64,000 nt of DNA from Planctomycetota bacterium (GTDB lineage: Bacteria; Planctomycetota; JAJSAM01; JAJVHW01), in contig CBDFJG010000004.1 in assembly GCA_965248445.1 (NCBI GenBank), positions 1,728,001-1,792,000 on the forward strand, given 5' to 3'. The notes below the pieces were generated by a model that saw only the letters and a list, made by a program, of their open reading frames with translations, was not told the origin of the DNA and did no database searches. Below are positions 59,307-64,000 of this stretch, one piece after another. The number at the start of each line of letters is the position of its first letter. Position 1 is the stretch's first letter. The position numbers were made by a program, and so were the translations under genes.

Positions 59307-60250
59307 GAGTCGCGATCACGGGCGGGACGGGGTTCGTCGGGGGGCACCTGGCGCGCCGTCTCGTCGCGGAGGGACACGACGTCGTGCTCGTGGCGCGAGG
59401 CGAGGACCGCCGGGACTCGTCGACTGCCGCGTTGCGAGGAGTCACTCTCGCCCGCGCGAGCGTGCTGGACGAGGGCGCGCTCCGCGGTGCGTTCGAGGGC
59501 TGCGACGCCGTCGCACACTGCGCCGGCATCAACCGCGAGATCGGCGCACAGACGTACGAGCGCGTGCACGTCGTGGGAACGCGCAACGTGGTCGCCGCGG
59601 CCGAGGCAGCGGGCGTGCGCCGACTCGCACTCGCGAGCTTCTTGCGGGCGCGACCGGAGTGCGGTTCGGGCTACCACGAGTCGAAATTCGCCGCGGAGGA
59701 GATCGTCCGCGCGAGTTCGCTCGAGTGGACCGTGCTACGCGCCGGGATGATGTACGGCCGTGGCGACCACATGCTCGACCACCTGAGCCACCTCTTCCAC
59801 ACGTGGCCGCTGCTGGCGACGGTCGGGTTGGCGGAGCGCGCAGTACGCCCCCTGGCCGTCGCGGACGCCACGCGCATCTTGTTTGCGGCGCTCGTGGACG
59901 GCCGGCTCCCCCGCCGTACCGTCGCCGCGGTCGGCCCCGACGAACTCACGCTGGCCGAGTCGGTGCGCCGCGTGGCGCGCGTCGTCGGCCGCCCTGCCTG
60001 GATCTTCCCGATGCCCGTCGCGTTCCACACGGCGTTCGCGTGGCTGCTGGAGGCCACGATGACGGTCCCACTCGTGGCGCGCGCGCAGGTGCGCATCCTG
60101 TCCGAGGGCGTCGTGTCGCCGGCGCTTCGCTGCGATCCGCTGCCCGAGGATCTCGTCCCGGACACGCCGTTCACGGACGAGGGGATCCGCGTCGGGTTGC
60201 CTGCGCCGGGACGGTTCGGGCTCTCCGACCTGCGCTGCTGCGCGGCCTGA
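59303..60250 (+). CDS. NAD(P)-dependent epimerase/dehydratase (NDUFA9-like SDR)
   Basis: TGGTGFVG, HCAG, YHESK (YxxxK); ATGA overlap with the ArsR gene. Confidence 0.9.
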   Translation: MRVAITGGTGFVGGHLARRLVAEGHDVVLVARGEDRRDSSTAALRGVTLARASVLDEGALRGAFEGCDAVAHCAGINREIGAQTYERVHVVGTRNVVAAAEAAGVRRLALASFLRARPECGSGYHESKFAAEEIVRASSLEWTVLRAGMMYGRGDHMLDHLSHLFHTWPLLATVGLAERAVRPLAVADATRILFAALVDGRLPRRTVAAVGPDELTLAESVRRVARVVGRPAWIFPMPVAFHTAFAWLLEATMTVPLVARAQVRILSEGVVSPALRCDPLPEDLVPDTPFTDEGIRVGLPAPGRFGLSDLRCCAA

Positions 60251-60257
60251 CGCCCAG

Positions 60258-60533
60258 CTAGCCGCGACCGAGCAGCGTCTCGGCCGTCTGGATCGCCACC
60301 TCGTGCTCGGCCGGCGAGACCGCCGGGTCGGCCTCGAGGACGTCGCGCAGCGCGCTTCGCAGTCCCACGATCTCGCGACACAGCCAGTGGGTCACCATGT
60401 CGACGGCGTCGCCTACGCGGGCATCCACGGCGCCTGCACCCACAGCGGCGCGCGCCTCGTGCTGAACGCGAGCAGCCTCCCGCGCACTCTCGCTCCTCCT
60501 CGTGACGTCGGGCGTCTTGACCATCTTGACCAT
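60258..60533 (-). CDS. Hypothetical protein
   Basis: Strong aggagga SD; fills the gap between convergent genes. Confidence 0.6.
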   Translation of the reverse strand: MVKMVKTPDVTRRSESAREAARVQHEARAAVGAGAVDARVGDAVDMVTHWLCREIVGLRSALRDVLEADPAVSPAEHEVAIQTAETLLGRG

Positions 60534-60598
60534 GTTGTCCTCCTGCTACCCGGCGGAGCGTACCGACGCGGGGGGACAGGCTCGCGCCGCGGAGCCCT

Positions 60599-61342
60599 TC
60601 ACGATCCGGGCGGCGCGAAGCGGGCTCGTACGTCCCCCGGCAGATCGTCGACGAACGCATCGAGTTGCGGGATGTACCCGAGATCATCTGCGAGCCGCAG
60701 CAGCGCGATCTCGGTCTTCATGTCCGGGATCTCGCCGCGACGACACTGCGCGATCGCCTCGCGGAGCGGCAGCACGATCTGGCGTGTACCTTCCTCCATG
60801 CCCGAGCCGTCTCCGCCGGCCTGCGCGAGCCCGTCCGCGTCGACGGGGGCGCTCGCGAAGAACACCTTCTCGTCGGTCACTCCCGGTGACGGGAACATCG
60901 GCGCGGCGAGCGGCCGGACATCCGCAACCGACACGTCCGCGCCGCACTCCTCGCGCGCCTCGGCCACCGCCCGCCGCTCCACGCCGTCCGCACCCTGATC
61001 TTGAGGTTCCAGCATGCCGGCGCACATCTCGGTGACCGTCGCGAACGTCCGGAGATCCGGCTGCACGAGTGTGCGGTCGCGACGCAGTGTGACCGCCGGC
61101 CGCGCCCCGTCCTTCAGCACGACGCGAATGTCCCGGCGCTCGCCCGTGTCGCGGTCGTCGTAGAGCACGACGGCCACGGCATCGACGTTCTGCCGCGACA
61201 AGACGTCACAACTGTAGGGCTCCCCCCGCGATCCGTCCTCGCGGACGCTTCGCACGAGTAGCCGCTTCACGCGAAGGAACCCCTCGTCCGCGAGGCTCCC
61301 GGCCGTGCGGTCCTCGACGACTTCGATGTCGGTGATGCGCAT
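60599..61342 (-). CDS. NUDIX hydrolase (ADP-ribose pyrophosphatase-like)
   Basis: EMCAGMLE...AVAEAREECG Nudix box, SPGVTDE, IPDMKT. Confidence 0.88.
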   Translation of the reverse strand: MRITDIEVVEDRTAGSLADEGFLRVKRLLVRSVREDGSRGEPYSCDVLSRQNVDAVAVVLYDDRDTGERRDIRVVLKDGARPAVTLRRDRTLVQPDLRTFATVTEMCAGMLEPQDQGADGVERRAVAEAREECGADVSVADVRPLAAPMFPSPGVTDEKVFFASAPVDADGLAQAGGDGSGMEEGTRQIVLPLREAIAQCRRGEIPDMKTEIALLRLADDLGYIPQLDAFVDDLPGDVRARFAPPGS

Positions 61343-61364
61343 GCGTCGGTTGTACTCCCTCTAG

Positions 61365-62841
61365 CCCGAATCGTTCACCAGCCGGGAATCTGAGCGGGCC
61401 GTCGTCTGTCTAAGTGCTCGTACTCGCTAGTACTTGCACCGACAGGAGCGCCGGCCCGATGACGACAGACTGTAGCCCGCAGGGGACCCTCTTCGCGGGC
61501 ATCTGTGGACGCACCGCGGTGACGCGCTTCGACGCCGGTACCGTGACGAGCGACGGGGGCGTGCTGCTGCTCGAGCGGGTCGATCGTCGCATCGATCTGC
61601 TCTCGCGGTTTGCGCGCTGCTTCGGGGACCACCGGGACCCGCGTCGGGTCGAGCACACGGTCGGCCAGATGCTGCGTCAGCGGGTCTTCGGGCTGTGCGC
61701 GGGCTACGAGGATCTGGTGGACCACGACCATGTCGGCAAGGACCCGCTGTTTGCCGCGGCGTGCGGCAAGCGCGAGGGTGCTCTGGCCACGCACCCGACG
61801 CTCTCGCGGCTCGAGACCACGCAGCTCGGCGCCACGGCACAGACGCGCTACGCCAAGATCGAGATGGACCAGGAGCGCGTGGACAGCGTGCTCAGCGACG
61901 TCTTCTGCGAGGCCATGGGGCCGGAGGATCCGGGCCTGCTCGTGCTGGACCTGGACCACTCCGACGTGCGGCTGCACGGCCGGCAGGAGGGCCGCTTCTT
62001 CCACGGCTACTACGGGCACTACTGCTACCTGCCGCTGTACGTCTTCTGCGGCGAGCACCTCTTGCTCGCTCGGCTCCAGACCGCTGACAGAGATCCCGCG
62101 CGCGGAGTCGTGGACGAGCTCCGTGCGCTGGTCTTACGTCTGCGGCGCCGCTGGCCCCGGGCCAAGGTGCTCGTGCGCGCAGACTCGGGCTTTTGCCGCG
62201 AGGAGCTGATGGCCTGGTGCGAGGCCGCCGGCCACTTCTACCTGCTGGGCATGGCGCGCAATGAGCGCCTTGAGCGACACGTCGAAGACGCGCTCGATGA
62301 GGCCGCAGCCCGTGCCGTGCAGACCGGCCGAGCAGCCCGGGTCTTTCGCGACTTTGCCTGGACCACGCTGGGGAGCTGGAGCCAGAGGCGTCGCGTGGTC
62401 GCCAAGGCCGAGCACCTGCCGGGCGGCAAGCGCAATCCCCGCTTCGTGGTGACCAATCTGCCGCCTCGTAGCTGGAGCAGCAAGCGTCTCTACGAGCAGC
62501 TCTACTGCGCCCGGGGCGAGGCGGAGAATCGCATCAAGGAGCAGCAGCTCGAGCTCTTCGGCACCCGTCTGTCGGTGCACACGATGCAGGGCAACGCCGT
62601 GCGGATGGCCATGTCGGCCATGGCCTACGTCCTGACCTGTGCGCTGCGACGCATCGGTCTCGCCGGCACCGAGATGGCGCGTGCGCAAGCCGGCACGATC
62701 CGCCTGCGGCTGCTCAAGATCGGCGCGCTCGTGCGGATCACGACGCGCCGGATCTGGGTCTCGATGTCCTCGTCGTGGCCCTGGCAGCACGTCTTCGAGA
62801 CTTGTGCACGGCGACTGCTGGCATCCCCGAAGCCGACCTGA
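61365..62841 (+). mobile_element. IS1380-family insertion sequence (right end not resolved)
   Basis: Transposase plus a probable left end ctag|CCCGAATCGTTCACCA; no matching IR found immediately after the transposase. Confidence 0.8.
61459..62841 (+). CDS. IS1380-family DDE transposase
   Basis: TSDGG, DPR, GYED, LDLD...HGRQEG.FFHGYY..YCYLPL, VRADSGF, Y..RG.AENRIKE. Confidence 0.94.
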   Translation: MTTDCSPQGTLFAGICGRTAVTRFDAGTVTSDGGVLLLERVDRRIDLLSRFARCFGDHRDPRRVEHTVGQMLRQRVFGLCAGYEDLVDHDHVGKDPLFAAACGKREGALATHPTLSRLETTQLGATAQTRYAKIEMDQERVDSVLSDVFCEAMGPEDPGLLVLDLDHSDVRLHGRQEGRFFHGYYGHYCYLPLYVFCGEHLLLARLQTADRDPARGVVDELRALVLRLRRRWPRAKVLVRADSGFCREELMAWCEAAGHFYLLGMARNERLERHVEDALDEAAARAVQTGRAARVFRDFAWTTLGSWSQRRRVVAKAEHLPGGKRNPRFVVTNLPPRSWSSKRLYEQLYCARGEAENRIKEQQLELFGTRLSVHTMQGNAVRMAMSAMAYVLTCALRRIGLAGTEMARAQAGTIRLRLLKIGALVRITTRRIWVSMSSSWPWQHVFETCARRLLASPKPT

Positions 62842-62907
62842 CGTCCCGCCGCGCCGTCCGCCACACCACCGCCCGGCCTACGGTCCCCTCCGCTCCGCGG
62901 CGACCGG

Positions 62908-64000
62908 CTACCTCCGCCGCCAGATCTGCAGCAGGAGTCGGCACCTCCCGTTCACGAGCCGCTGCACGCGGTAGTGCACCAGGCGGGCGCCGGACTTGTT
63001 GCCGAACGTGGATCGTCCCGTCCAAGCGTCGCTCGCCGCCCGATACCCAACCTCTCGCTGGAACCCCGCGTCGCCGACCTCGTACGCGATGTCGAGGAGC
63101 GCACTCGTGACGGGGACCCCGTGCCTCCAAGACTCTTCGCATCGAACTACGGTGACGTGCACCGCGTGGTCTCCCAGCTGCCGCTCGACTCCGATCTGAA
63201 TATCGGGGTCTACGACGTTCAGATCCTCGACCCAGGCTTCGTCCTCTGGACTGAACGGGAAGCCCGCCTTCTCCGCCTTCCACCAAGACTGAAGAGAACC
63301 CGCTGTCTGGTCCAACGGCGGGTGCTGCTCTAACCAGGGACTAAACGCGATCTCCTCCAGCCGGCCCAGAGTCCACAGCCTGATCTGGTCCCCTACCCGC
63401 TCTCCAGCGACTTCGGCTCCTACGAACCAGGGCAGCTCCGTGTCCGCGATCTCCCGATCGTCGTCCACGCACTCGAACAGGGCGTCGAAGACGCGCGGGC
63501 GCCGGGTCTCGAACGCGATGTGCACTCCCGTCAGGTATGCGACCCGCGGGTCCTTGTCGATCAGGAGGTTGGAGATCACGCGGTCCGTCGCGTCGCTCCC
63601 TCCGCCGAAAGCACTCACGATCCCTGCCAACCTTCCGGCCGCCGCCCGGAAGTCCGCCCGCCGGGACCGCGAGAGCGTGATGGCAGCCCGACGGACCACC
63701 TTGAGGTCCGGCTGCGCCCCGATGAACCGGACCCCCTCGAGCAGGTCGCGGGAGTTCCCGGTACTCAGCAAATGCGCGATGGTACTTCGCTCAAGGGCTG
63801 CCGGATGGAGTTCACGGTATCGTACGACGGCGGCGACCATCTCCTCGATGGGCCAGCGAGCGTCGGCGTCCTCCGTGGAGTCTGCCGTTCGATGATCGAC
63901 GATCGCGCGGAGCGTGTCCGACGAGATCTCGCTCAGAGCCCAGCAGAGCGACTCCACCGCCTCCGGGCTAGATGTCCTGCTTCCGTGCGTGCGCAGCGTT
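62908..64000 (-). CDS. Hypothetical protein, possibly HEAT-like helical (5' end beyond the window)
   Basis: Frame stays open from 62908 to the window edge; more A/T third positions than neighbouring genes. Confidence 0.6.
   Translation of the reverse strand, partial: TLRTHGSRTSSPEAVESLCWALSEISSDTLRAIVDHRTADSTEDADARWPIEEMVAAVVRYRELHPAALERSTIAHLLSTGNSRDLLEGVRFIGAQPDLKVVRRAAITLSRSRRADFRAAAGRLAGIVSAFGGGSDATDRVISNLLIDKDPRVAYLTGVHIAFETRRPRVFDALFECVDDDREIADTELPWFVGAEVAGERVGDQIRLWTLGRLEEIAFSPWLEQHPPLDQTAGSLQSWWKAEKAGFPFSPEDEAWVEDLNVVDPDIQIGVERQLGDHAVHVTVVRCEESWRHGVPVTSALLDIAYEVGDAGFQREVGYRAASDAWTGRSTFGNKSGARLVHYRVQRLVNGRCRLLLQIWRRR

Overview
High-GC bacterial chromosomal window, most likely from a planctomycete. 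The clues are an RpoD with a long non-conserved insert and the [15 protein letters not shown] box, an ASPIC/UnbV-CRTAC1 protein, and an ECF sigma factor with a transmembrane and repeat extension. Contents in order: a Ser/Thr kinase (cut by the window edge); dnaG-rpoD-C4 zinc ribbon; a double-FHA protein; a second kinase; a DEAD-box helicase; an 8-gene peptide ABC operon with two binding-protein/permease sets and one ATPase pair; a TlpA-like redoxin; a divergent Tex protein; ClC-CBS-TrkA_C; mobB; a multiheme-TPR / ASPIC / monoheme cytochrome cluster; a binding-protein-metzincin fusion; a complete SUF operon with Rrf2; Fpg/Nei; an LpxL-like acyltransferase; an ECF sigma; a diiron enzyme-FAAL-ACP cassette; radical SAM plus Gfo/Idh/MocA; ArsR-epimerase; NUDIX; and an IS1380-family element. 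Main discoveries: (1) two genes that the ORF track splits are single selenoprotein-like genes, each with an in-frame TGA at the first position of a U-x-x-C redox motif followed by a bacterial SECIS-like hairpin (a secreted two-domain thioredoxin-fold protein at 27720-28640, and a DUF1223-transglutaminase fusion at 53396-55642); (2) a compact ferritin-like diiron enzyme + fatty acyl-AMP ligase + ACP cassette suggesting uncharacterised fatty-acyl tailoring; (3) a membrane cytochrome b-like/pentaheme c/TPR + ASPIC + SoxA-like cytochrome module; (4) a recurring leaderless TAnnnT-N6-start promoter pattern; (5) several structured intergenic regions. All calls are by eye; no searches were run.
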